Shown one piece after another: positions 17,326 through 25,629 of a stretch of DNA of 55,982 bases. This stretch comes from a virus (Duplodnaviria > Caudoviricetes), in IMG/VR virus record IMGVR_UViG_3300011442_000011, positions 1 through 55,982 of that record; one strand, 5' to 3'. Numbering within the stretch: position 1 is the stretch's first letter; each line of letters opens with the position of its first letter. Position numbers and translations under genes: made by a program. The notes under the pieces are model-generated. The model did no database searches and was not told the origin of the DNA. It saw only the letters and a program-made list of their open reading frames with translations.

Positions 17326-17402
17326 TGTTTTCGTTGGCGGCAGTTACGCCGTCATATTAAAGTCCGGACTTGGCGCTCAGGCGCACCGGCAGAAAGTCGG
17401 TC

Positions 17403-18998
17403 ATGCCCGAAACATTCAGTTGGTCAAACGAGCAAGAGCAAATCTTCGCATGGTTCTCGAAGAGCTCTACTTTCGAGCCACGCGGCGGAGAGCATCTCGA
17501 ATTCGAGAATCCCGATACCGACTACATCGAGATCGATGCAGACGGCCATCTCGTCGTCATCGCCCGCGCTGGCACTGGCAAAACCACGACCATCTTGGAA
17601 GGCGCAAAGCGCGCACCAGAGAGGTCAATCTGGGTTGCTGCCTTCGGCAAAGATATTCAGCTCGTCCTGGAAGGCAAGCTGAAAGAAATCGGTGCCCCTC
17701 CTCACATCAAAGCGAAGACAATCCATTCTGTTGGATTGAGCTGCATCAGTCGCTATCGTAGCGGAATCAAGATTTCGTTCAACTCAGACCGTGCAGATGC
17801 GCTTACCGAAAAGGTCTGTGGCGCAACGGCACCGGATGCGATCAAGCGTCTAATCACGACGCTCCACACCAAAGGTCGCGAAATGACCCCGCACGCTCGC
17901 GTGCTTGGGGATCTCACCAATATCGCGATCCAATTTGAATGTGAGCCAGATGAAGAGTGGGCGAATTCTGGCTTCCCGTTGGAATACGTCGAGCAGAAGG
18001 CTCTTGAAGCCATGGAGCTCGGCGCAAACATCCAGAACGGTGCAACCATCGACGGCAGTGATATGATCTTCCTGCCGGTGCGCAACCATTGGCTCACGAA
18101 GCAGTTCGATCTGATCGTTGTTGACGAAACACAGGACCTCACCGTTACGCAGCTCGAGATTTGTCTTGGCGTCCTGAAGGCTGGTGGTCGCATCTGCTTA
18201 GTTGGCGATCCTCGACAAGCCATCTACGCATGGCGCGGTGCAGATTCCAACTCGATGGACCGTCTGCGGGAGGAACTTCACGCGGGTGTCCTCAAGCTCA
18301 CTACAACCTACCGTTGTGGTAAGGTCATCGTCGAGTTGGCACAGCGCTTCGTACCCGACTTCAACGCTCACGAATCCAATCCGGAAGGTGATATTCAACA
18401 GATCCATACGAGCGCGCTCGTTGCAGCCGCTGGCCCCGGTGACTTCGTACTTTCCCGCGTGAATGCGCCGATTGTTGGAATTGCGATGAAGCTCCTGCGC
18501 GCAGGCAAGCGCACGAAGGTTCAGGGCAAGGACATTGGCAAGGGAATCGTCGGACTTATCCGCAAGCTCCGGGCACGCAGCGTTCCTGATCTTCTCGTGC
18601 GTATCGAGCGATGGGCCGGTCGTGAAACCGAACGTCTGACTGGCCAACTGGAAGCGGCGACCAATGGCCGGAAGAAAATGATCCAGTCCAAGATCGAGGA
18701 AATTCTCGACCGTGCTCAGATGCTGGCCGAGCTCGCGGAAGGTGCCAAGAGCATTGATGAAATGACCACTCGCATCGAGGGATTGTTCGTCGACAAGGAC
18801 AATCTCGGCGACGATGGCGTGATCACGTGCAGTAGTGTCCACAAGGCCAAGGGTCTGGAACGTAAACGGGTATTCATTTTGGCCGACACACTGCGCAACT
18901 GGAATATCGAAGAGCAGAACATCGAATACGTCGCGATCACCCGCGCGAAGCAGACGCTCGTGTGGGTTACCGACAATGGTGAACATCTTGGACGATAG
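17403..18998 (+). CDS. UvrD/Rep-family (SF1) helicase
   Basis: ARAGTGKTT, VDETQD, VGDPRQAIYAWRGA, TYRC, VHKAKGLE, YVAITRA. Confidence 0.92.
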   Translation: MPETFSWSNEQEQIFAWFSKSSTFEPRGGEHLEFENPDTDYIEIDADGHLVVIARAGTGKTTTILEGAKRAPERSIWVAAFGKDIQLVLEGKLKEIGAPPHIKAKTIHSVGLSCISRYRSGIKISFNSDRADALTEKVCGATAPDAIKRLITTLHTKGREMTPHARVLGDLTNIAIQFECEPDEEWANSGFPLEYVEQKALEAMELGANIQNGATIDGSDMIFLPVRNHWLTKQFDLIVVDETQDLTVTQLEICLGVLKAGGRICLVGDPRQAIYAWRGADSNSMDRLREELHAGVLKLTTTYRCGKVIVELAQRFVPDFNAHESNPEGDIQQIHTSALVAAAGPGDFVLSRVNAPIVGIAMKLLRAGKRTKVQGKDIGKGIVGLIRKLRARSVPDLLVRIERWAGRETERLTGQLEAATNGRKKMIQSKIEEILDRAQMLAELAEGAKSIDEMTTRIEGLFVDKDNLGDDGVITCSSVHKAKGLERKRVFILADTLRNWNIEEQNIEYVAITRAKQTLVWVTDNGEHLGR

Positions 18999-19010
18999 GA
19001 GGATAGGCCG

Positions 19011-19217
19011 ATGACTGTCAGAGAATTGATCAAAAAGCTTGAGAAGATGCCGCAGGGCCATACTGTCCTGGTAGATCTTCATAGTGAATATACGGATCAA
19101 GTCCAACTCGCTTTGATTGAGGCTTATGAGAACGGCGGCTATGTGTCAAAAGCCTACCGTCAAGAAGAAAGGCTCAAAGCCCATGGATATATCGCAATTT
19201 CATATAGGAGTGAATGA
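19011..19217 (+). CDS. hypothetical phage protein
   Basis: MTVRELIKKLEKMP N-terminus common in small phage proteins; AGGAGG RBS. Confidence 0.7.
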   Translation: MTVRELIKKLEKMPQGHTVLVDLHSEYTDQVQLALIEAYENGGYVSKAYRQEERLKAHGYIAISYRSE

Positions 19218-19220
19218 GCT

Positions 19221-19418
19221 ATGATGACTCCAGAAGAAACAAGAGCCGTTATCACTCGACTTGGCGTGATCAATCATAGTCTCTCGGTGCTCAGAGGAGA
19301 AATCGACAGTCATGTCGGTGAGCCGTACGAAACGGTCTATCGGCGCTTAGATGAGGCGTGGGATTTGATTCAGGAGGCGCGGAAGCGCCTCAAACATCCG
19401 GCTGTGATCCATGACTAA
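19221..19418 (+). CDS. hypothetical protein
   Basis: tightly packed ORF, AGGAG RBS. Confidence 0.6.
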   Translation: MMTPEETRAVITRLGVINHSLSVLRGEIDSHVGEPYETVYRRLDEAWDLIQEARKRLKHPAVIHD

Positions 19419-19689
19419 GACACAAGAGCAATTGATTGAATTCTGTGTTCTAATAGCCGCATCCGCCAAACTTTCGAATCCGATCGGCCGCGGCGTGTGC
19501 ATGGCTTCACGAATTTTCAATTCTGGTCGTGGTCGTTACAGCAGCCCGACATTTGATGATCATGACCCGGAGTTTTTCGTCAGTCGCACATTAACGCTCG
19601 ATGCCATGCGCAAGATGCATGAGGAAACTGCAGACCGATGGTTTCAACATTACTATAGCGGAGGATCACTCCGGAAGTTGGGGAGATGA
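19411..19689 (+). CDS. hypothetical protein
   Basis: overlaps upstream stop, co-oriented. Confidence 0.55.
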   Translation: MTKTQEQLIEFCVLIAASAKLSNPIGRGVCMASRIFNSGRGRYSSPTFDDHDPEFFVSRTLTLDAMRKMHEETADRWFQHYYSGGSLRKLGR

Positions 19690-19690
19690 T

Positions 19691-20092
19691 ATGATTAACA
19701 ATGGATTGAAAGTCGGCGACTTCATGGCAAGGCTGCAACGAATGGATCAGGATGAAGAGGTGAAGTTTGACTTCGTCCACTTTGGTCCGACCACATTGGA
19801 ATCCTATCGCGGCTATTACGAGGACGCCGCCCTCGGCTACGACGAATGTGGTCGGATGCATGGCTCAGGTCAATACAGCTATCCGAAGGTTCGCGAACTC
19901 CTCGAACATTTCCAGAAAACCCTCGGTCATGTATTCGAGGGATGGAAGGGTGGGAATGGTCGATCAATCACATTGGGCACCACGCTCTGGGTCGCGAATC
20001 CTGGCGAGACTGGCGATACCATCATCGTCGATGTCCAGAAGTTGCTTTATGTGACAATCATCACACGACATAACGAACAAGAAGAAATCTAG
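19691..20092 (+). CDS. hypothetical phage protein
   Basis: GGGAG RBS; SYRGYY.D.A..FEGWKGG..T.LWVA pattern of a conserved phage family. Confidence 0.7.
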   Translation: MINNGLKVGDFMARLQRMDQDEEVKFDFVHFGPTTLESYRGYYEDAALGYDECGRMHGSGQYSYPKVRELLEHFQKTLGHVFEGWKGGNGRSITLGTTLWVANPGETGDTIIVDVQKLLYVTIITRHNEQEEI

Positions 20093-20100
20093 GAGGATTC

Positions 20101-20277
20101 GTGGCACAGCTCAAGTCCTTGAAGCGTCGTTGGACCAAGAATCAACTTGCCCGCCGTGCTGCACGGATGGCGAAGAAGACGCAGACCCGCGAGTTCTATC
20201 ACAAGTGGGAACGCGAGGACCATGCGAAACGGATGTTGATCCGTGCAGCAAAAGAGAGAAAGAGGATCCATGTCTAA
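20101..20277 (+). CDS. small basic protein (58 aa; not in ORF track)
   Basis: AGGAGG RBS, GTG start, MAQLKSLKRRWTKNQLARR...; overlaps next start. Confidence 0.6.
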   Translation: MAQLKSLKRRWTKNQLARRAARMAKKTQTREFYHKWEREDHAKRMLIRAAKERKRIHV

Positions 20278-20560
20278 ATTCGAAGCACACATCACCATGC
20301 CGCGTGACAAGGCCGAAGATGTCGAGAAATGGGCTGAGATCTCCGGCTGGAAATTCAGTCAGATTGATGGCGATCCGCTGATGGGCAAGCAAGCGTATTG
20401 TTATCTGACCAACTACGACACTGATGGCAAGCGGCTACTCATGCGAACAGTGACACTCGGCTTGAATCTTCAGGAGCATGGCATTCCTGTTCTTCGTCAA
20501 AAGATCGAACAGATCATCTACGATACGAAGACAAACGTCGACGAAATCAACAAGGAGTAG
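20270..20560 (+). CDS. hypothetical protein
   Basis: GAGG RBS; MSKFEAHIT..RQKIEQIIYD. Confidence 0.7.
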   Translation: MSKFEAHITMPRDKAEDVEKWAEISGWKFSQIDGDPLMGKQAYCYLTNYDTDGKRLLMRTVTLGLNLQEHGIPVLRQKIEQIIYDTKTNVDEINKE

Positions 20561-20563
20561 TTC

Positions 20564-21883
20564 ATGAGCAGCACCGACGTTCGAGCCTTACTCGATGAAT
20601 CCATCGCGAAAGTCAGACAAGCGCAAGATCTACAAGATCAGTCCATTGCACTGCAACAGCAGGCACAAGCGACTGCCGGTGCTGGAGGCTCAGCGCCGGT
20701 CATTATGATCGAAGCAGGTGGCTCCTTGCTGTCGACTCTCGAGCAAGCCCCGGTCCCAGCAACGATCGTTGTGTCACCTGAGGTGCTAACAGACACTGGT
20801 GAAGAGGACCTAGTGATCTCCAAACCTGTGACGATCATCGGGCCAGCGATCTATGGACAGGTGGATGTCCAAGCGCCAGACGTGAAGCTGATTGGCTACG
20901 CGGTGCGCGGTAAACGTCCCGAGCGAGCATTGATGGCCACTGGTCCTCGTCTTGTGTTGCAGGGCGGTGTCTTGCAAGGGAGTATGAGTGGTCAGAGACG
21001 TGGCGTGTGGCTGCGGAGCACCGGCTTCCGTATGAGCGATAGCAGCGTGCTAGACATCTTTGGTGTCGGACAAGAGACGCAAGCCGTCGGTGGATGGTCG
21101 GGTCTACACGATGTTCTCATTGAGCGTTGCGTGCTGGAAAGCGCGAGTGAGAACATACTCATCGGTGGAGGTGGATGCCCGGTAGCAGCGGATATTCCAT
21201 CGAACGTGGTGGTCCGGAAGTCCACGCTGCGGAAACCGTTGCAGTGGCGCGGAAAAGGATACAAATGCAAGAACCTCTACGAGCTCAAGAATTGTAAGGG
21301 TGCTATCCTTGAAGACTGCAATCTGGACTATTCGTGGGTCGACGGCCAGATCGGTTATGGCATCGTGCTCACGGTGCAGAATCAGGACAAGGACCAGCCC
21401 GAGACTACGATTTCGGACGTGATCATTCGACGTAACATGCTCCGTCACTTGGCTGGTGCAGTCCAATTGGACGCACGAGATTATCGAGTAGGTGCGGCAT
21501 CAGTGCCGATGTCCAACGTCTCATTTGAGGACAATCTGTTCGAGGATATCAGTCCAGAGTGGGGCGCGAATCAGCGAACGTTCCAGTTTGCGCGTGGATT
21601 CTCCGGCCTACGGATCCTGCGGAACAGGTTTTCCGGTACGAGCATCCATTCTTTCTTCGACTTCGATGGTGAAGCGGATCTGTGGTCCAATATGATCATC
21701 GATGGCAACACATTCTACGAAGGCGCATACGGCATGAAATGCCCAGACGCAGCGCCTGGAATGCCGACGCTCGCAAAATATAGTCCAGGCTATACATGGA
21801 CGATGAATGGCGTGATCCGCACGGTGCCGAACAATCCGAACGGTATCATTTATCCACCAGGAACAATTCTGATGACAGCGTAA
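20564..21883 (+). CDS. right-handed parallel beta-helix (pectin lyase-like) protein
   Basis: periodic xVxIxxNxF repeats; KNLYELKN..ILEDCNL..SW.DGQ.GY.IVLTV.NQD; AAGGAG RBS. Confidence 0.75.
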   Translation: MSSTDVRALLDESIAKVRQAQDLQDQSIALQQQAQATAGAGGSAPVIMIEAGGSLLSTLEQAPVPATIVVSPEVLTDTGEEDLVISKPVTIIGPAIYGQVDVQAPDVKLIGYAVRGKRPERALMATGPRLVLQGGVLQGSMSGQRRGVWLRSTGFRMSDSSVLDIFGVGQETQAVGGWSGLHDVLIERCVLESASENILIGGGGCPVAADIPSNVVVRKSTLRKPLQWRGKGYKCKNLYELKNCKGAILEDCNLDYSWVDGQIGYGIVLTVQNQDKDQPETTISDVIIRRNMLRHLAGAVQLDARDYRVGAASVPMSNVSFEDNLFEDISPEWGANQRTFQFARGFSGLRILRNRFSGTSIHSFFDFDGEADLWSNMIIDGNTFYEGAYGMKCPDAAPGMPTLAKYSPGYTWTMNGVIRTVPNNPNGIIYPPGTILMTA

Positions 21884-21888
21884 CTGAC

Positions 21889-21917
21889 TTGCGTCAACGT
21901 TTTAAACGTGGTATACT
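21889..21917 (+). promoter_or_regulatory. promoter with operator-like dyad (copy 5)
   Basis: TTGCGT-caacgttttaaacgtgg-TATACT; 17-bp spacer. Confidence 0.8.
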
Positions 21918-21944
21918 GGCCGTTCACTAGCAGCAGAGGAGCTG

Positions 21945-22586
21945 ATGGGAAAAAAGGGCAAATACGCACACGTAATTGATCTTCTTCCACGGTCCCTCGG
22001 GACAGAGCCAGATTTTCAGGCGAAGGTCAATGGCGTCAAGGCTGCAATCCTCGAACCGAGGGCTCAGAACGATCCTGGCCCATTCACCGAAGAGTTCACA
22101 GCCAGCTCCGATAAAGAGTTGAGCATGGACGCGCTTGACGATTTGCTCCTCGAAGTGACAGCGCTTCTGAAGGTGATCAACGACGCACTCATCTGCACTG
22201 TTGACGGCCAGCGTTACGCCTCAACCTTCGCCCGTCGATATCGGAACGTCCGCGTGGTCAAGGCCGCTCTCGAAGCGCAAGAAAAGATCACGAATGTGGT
22301 CGAAGAGGCCTACAAGCAAGTTCTGGCGGAGCAGTACGAAGCTGAAGGCACGACCAACATCGCGCTCGAGGATGGCGGTTCGGTCCGCACGCAATACGAG
22401 CCTCACGCCACAGTCAACGACAAACGGGCAAATCGCATCTGGGCGGTCGAGAATGGGCTCGAGGATTCGTTGGCGCTGCCGTGGCAGACTGTGAATGCGA
22501 TCGCGAAGGAATTGCTGTTGAAAGGTGAGGAGCCACCAGCAGGCGTGGAACTCACAGCGCGAGTGAAAGTCGTGTATACGAAATAG
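21945..22586 (+). CDS. conserved phage replication-module protein
   Basis: GAGGAG RBS; coiled N-part and W..ENGL..W.T.NA..KE.L..GEEPP.GV C-terminus. Confidence 0.7.
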   Translation: MGKKGKYAHVIDLLPRSLGTEPDFQAKVNGVKAAILEPRAQNDPGPFTEEFTASSDKELSMDALDDLLLEVTALLKVINDALICTVDGQRYASTFARRYRNVRVVKAALEAQEKITNVVEEAYKQVLAEQYEAEGTTNIALEDGGSVRTQYEPHATVNDKRANRIWAVENGLEDSLALPWQTVNAIAKELLLKGEEPPAGVELTARVKVVYTK

Positions 22587-22587
22587 A

Positions 22588-22770
22588 GATTGCCACCGGG
22601 CGATGCGACACGTCGATAAGGTCGGCGGCTAGTCGACCGCCAGTCTTGAGCTCCAGGATGAGTGGCAAGCGGGGTGACTCCCGTAGGAGCCTGTGCAATC
22701 CGGACAGACTAGGCGTCGGTAAAAGCCCGACTTAATAGCCGGAGCGTAGAGCATAAGCCTAGTGCTTTTA
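22588..22770 (+). ncRNA. candidate structured RNA A
   Basis: ORF-free gap with several nested/crossing stems (see findings); family not recognised. Confidence 0.4.
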
Positions 22771-22774
22771 GATT

Positions 22775-22981
22775 ATGAAACGACCGGCAGGTTTTTGGGT
22801 GATCTGTGAGAAGTGCGGCTTACACCGATTTTGGGATACAGGCTCAAGTCCCGGGAAGCGGCTTGCAGATGATCCGTGTCCAGAATGCAAAGGTCGTTGC
22901 TGGAAATTCCGTTCAGATAAGGGAGCGTTGATTGCCTCGCAGTATCCAGCGCCCCGGTTCGAAAGGCGAAAATTTGTTTGA
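22775..22981 (+). CDS. zinc-ribbon protein
   Basis: CEKC...CPEC. Confidence 0.55.
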   Translation: MKRPAGFWVICEKCGLHRFWDTGSSPGKRLADDPCPECKGRCWKFRSDKGALIASQYPAPRFERRKFV

Positions 22982-23138
22982 TGTCATAGAACGCTCAGAA
23001 GTTCAGGAAAATCCTGCGATCTGTGAGCATCGACGTGAAAGGAGGTCTGAGACAGTGTGGCCGGGTGAGACGCTCTCCCGTCTTACTATGACGTGTGAAA
23101 TGTGCGGCCGAGCGCGTGGACGGTATCCAGGAGAATAG
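22974..23138 (+). CDS. small hypothetical protein (start uncertain)
   Basis: CEH...CEMC; overlaps upstream stop. Confidence 0.45.
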   Translation: MFDVIERSEVQENPAICEHRRERRSETVWPGETLSRLTMTCEMCGRARGRYPGE

Positions 23139-23199
23139 ACCACTGCTTTAGGGTCTCAGAGGTCTATCGTTAGGAAGATCCTCAAACACGGAGTAACGA

Positions 23200-24000
23200 A
23201 TGGCTGAAAAGCAGAACAAGAACGCATTGGCAACGACCGGGCCAAACGATCTGATGAAGATCGAAGGTGTTGTGGCGGAGCGCCCTGATGAAGTCAAGGT
23301 GGGAGACCGCACCGGCACCGAGAACATCACACGCGACGACATGCAGATGCCGCGACTCAGCATCGCGCAGTCGCTCAGCCCGGAACGCGATGAGAGCGAC
23401 CCGAAGTTCATTGAGGGGTTGATTGAAGGCAATATGTTCAACAACCTCACGAAGCAGATCTATGGCAACGGCCCGGTGCCGTTCATCATCGTTCGTTCGG
23501 ATCGACCGCGTTGGGTGGAGTTCGTTCCACGTGAACTTGGCGGTGGCGTGAAAGATCCCAACGTCCCGGCCAACGATCCGCGGACCGCATTCCAGGCTGA
23601 CGGCAAGCCACCGATCGCGACGAAGTTCTACGATTTCGTGATCATGCTCCTCCCCTCACGGGAAATCGTTTCCGTCTCCTTCAAGGGCACCGGCCTGAAG
23701 ATTGCACGTCAGCTCAATGCGTTGATCGCCATGCGCGGAACGGCGGTGTTCACCGGCGTTTACGCGCTCAGTACGATCATGACGAAGAACGCAAAGGGGC
23801 GATTCGCAATCCCGCAGGTCAAGAACGCCGGCTTCGCCAGTGGCGAACTCCTCGATTACGCGAAGAAAACGTTCGCAGCGGTCGCCGACAAAGCGATCAA
23901 GTTCGAGGAAGAGCTCCCGGCGGATGCGGATACGTTCGACGCGGAAGTGCTCGAACGTGAAAGTGTCGCCGCGCAGACGGGTAACGTTCAGGGGATGTAA
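23200..24000 (+). CDS. putative single-stranded DNA-binding protein
   Basis: GGAG RBS, GC3-rich codons, MPRLSIAQSLSPE motif and acidic C-terminal region; function inferred. Confidence 0.6.
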   Translation: MAEKQNKNALATTGPNDLMKIEGVVAERPDEVKVGDRTGTENITRDDMQMPRLSIAQSLSPERDESDPKFIEGLIEGNMFNNLTKQIYGNGPVPFIIVRSDRPRWVEFVPRELGGGVKDPNVPANDPRTAFQADGKPPIATKFYDFVIMLLPSREIVSVSFKGTGLKIARQLNALIAMRGTAVFTGVYALSTIMTKNAKGRFAIPQVKNAGFASGELLDYAKKTFAAVADKAIKFEEELPADADTFDAEVLERESVAAQTGNVQGM

Positions 24001-24005
24001 CAATT

Positions 24006-24261
24006 CGCCAGTGGCTCGTTGTCGGTAGCCCTAGTCGGTGAGATAATCACCGCAGACACTACTGGGAAGAGGGGCGACGCAATAACGGTAGATATTCCCT
24101 TCAGTGGGACCCTGAACTGCCCTAGTATGCCAACCAAAATTCCTCGGCGAGCCACTGGCGTTCGTAACCGTCCGTGAAAGTTGCCGGTAGCCGTCGGTTG
24201 ATCCGACGGTCGGCGAACGTCACGGCGCAGGGGTCACGCAATCCATGGGTTGCGTGGCCCC
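24006..24261 (+). ncRNA. candidate structured RNA B
   Basis: 16-bp closing stem 24006-24021/24145-24160, internal hairpins, then two long hairpins. Confidence 0.5.
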
Positions 24262-24281
24262 GAACCTTATAGGAGCAGATC

Positions 24282-24710
24282 ATGACTAAGGGGACACATT
24301 GGACGCCTGCAATGAAGCGCAAGGCGACACGAACTCGGAAGCGCAATGCAGCGAAAATCGCTGCGGTGCGAGCAGAGCGCGAACGGAAGAAAGCAAAGGC
24401 AGCGAAAGAGGCTGACTCACTCTATCAAGAGCATCTCGCTGGGATCGATCACGAAGTGGAAGAAATGGCGAAGCAAGAGGCGGCACGTAACGTCAAGCCG
24501 ATTCTTACTGAGACAACCATCCAGCGTTGGAACGATCGCAGCAATATCGAGATTCGACGGCAGCTCAACGCGCAGAATGGAATTGAATCGATGCTACGTT
24601 TTGAGATCAATCACATCGATGATACACGCGGAGAGCTGATGGGAAAACTGAAAGAAAGTGAGCAGATCCGCGATGGGCTGAACGCTGTTCTGAATTCACG
24701 GCGTGCGTAG
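24282..24710 (+). CDS. hypothetical basic coiled-coil protein
   Basis: AGGAG RBS; 142 aa. Confidence 0.7.
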   Translation: MTKGTHWTPAMKRKATRTRKRNAAKIAAVRAERERKKAKAAKEADSLYQEHLAGIDHEVEEMAKQEAARNVKPILTETTIQRWNDRSNIEIRRQLNAQNGIESMLRFEINHIDDTRGELMGKLKESEQIRDGLNAVLNSRRA

Positions 24711-24714
24711 AGAT

Positions 24715-25015
24715 CGACCTGTGAGTAAGGCTCGCTAAGCCCGAGGCCAGAACGTCCGGTGACCGTGATCCATCCGGCAACAAAACGCGGTTCAGATCGT
24801 GGCACTAAGCTATTCGGGCAGAGAACTAAGGACGCTCATAGGTTGTGAGGTTTTCCCGGATCTTCCCTCGTATACGAAAAAGATCCGGGTCGAGTTTGAG
24901 CTGCGCAGAGGGTGCCCTTCCTACCCGTCCCAAGTGAGGTCGGTTCCGCTCTCTTCTACCGATTCCAGAAAAGAGAGTTGGGTCTTCCCGGTTCGTCCTA
25001 TCCCCACGAACCGGG
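24715..25015 (+). ncRNA. candidate structured RNA(s) C/D
   Basis: rod-like stem 24716-24726/24834-24844 then three hairpins with C-rich loops. Confidence 0.4.
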
Positions 25016-25025
25016 TGCAAATTTA

Positions 25026-25140
25026 TGGACCTTGCCCAAGCTGGAAAGCGTAGCCATGATTCTCGTCAGGCCCGAGGTCCTAGGAGCCGGAGGCGCAACG
25101 AAATCAATATGCCGGGTTCAATTCCTGGGAGGTCCACCCA
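25026..25140 (+). ncRNA. non-canonical tRNA-like element ending in CCA
   Basis: TGGACCTT/GAGGTCCA acceptor-like stem, CCGGG-TTCAATT-CCTGG T-arm, C-CCA end; interior too long for a standard tRNA. Confidence 0.55.
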
Positions 25141-25629
25141 ATGAAAATCAAATTACGTGAAGTTAGGCTCTTAGATGAGGCTTTACAGCGACTACGTCCA
25201 AAATTTTTATATGACATACAGCAAGCTGTCGCAGAAGCCTTAAAGCGAGAGACTCGACCGAAACGCTCTCTGATGCTTTGCAATCATGCCAATGAAGTTC
25301 CGGCGGTTTGCACCTGTCCGCCGGAATGTGAATGTCACGATACCGATATGGCCCCATGTAGAAAGTCAAAAGATGTCATCATTCTGACCGCGGAGCAGAA
25401 TTTTATCAGGAAGATGCACAATGCACTGTTCAGCGGCAAAGTAATTCCAATTCCGAATAGTGATCATTTTGGTACAGTGATCAAACTCGAGGAACGAATA
25501 GATCTTGGTATCATCAGTTGTCGAATAACAATGCAACCGATCCATGAGAGGCCACATGCCAGAAACCGCAATCGTCATAAGAATACAAGAAGAAATCGTC
25601 GCACGCGCTCAGGAAAGAAAAGAACATGA
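25141..25629 (+). CDS. hypothetical protein with Cys cluster
   Basis: GGAGG RBS (within tRNA-like 3' end); CNHANEVP.VCTC..EC.C. Confidence 0.6.
   Translation: MKIKLREVRLLDEALQRLRPKFLYDIQQAVAEALKRETRPKRSLMLCNHANEVPAVCTCPPECECHDTDMAPCRKSKDVIILTAEQNFIRKMHNALFSGKVIPIPNSDHFGTVIKLEERIDLGIISCRITMQPIHERPHARNRNRHKNTRRNRRTRSGKKRT

Noticed and set aside
17297-17761. 154-aa ORF
   Set aside because: Starts inside the promoter -35 box and is an off-frame shadow of the UvrD gene
18198-19106. Long antisense ORFs (also 39372..40118, 43814..44548, 38155..38739)
   Set aside because: Mirror frames of GC3-biased genuine genes; no RBS or motifs; against operon polarity
22707-22719. 13-nt exact match GACTAGGCGTCGG also at 55596-55608
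   Set aside because: Some 13-mer matches are expected by chance in 56 kb; no shared context
25026-25140. tmRNA or a standard decodable tRNA
   Set aside because: No G3-U70, no tag ORF, too short for tmRNA; no clean anticodon arm, so no isotype is assigned
24799-25160. Short ORFs across the structured-RNA region (also 24122..24346, 26033-26218 gap ORFs)
   Set aside because: No RBS, Pro/Arg/Ser-rich non-protein-like composition; stems explain the sequence better
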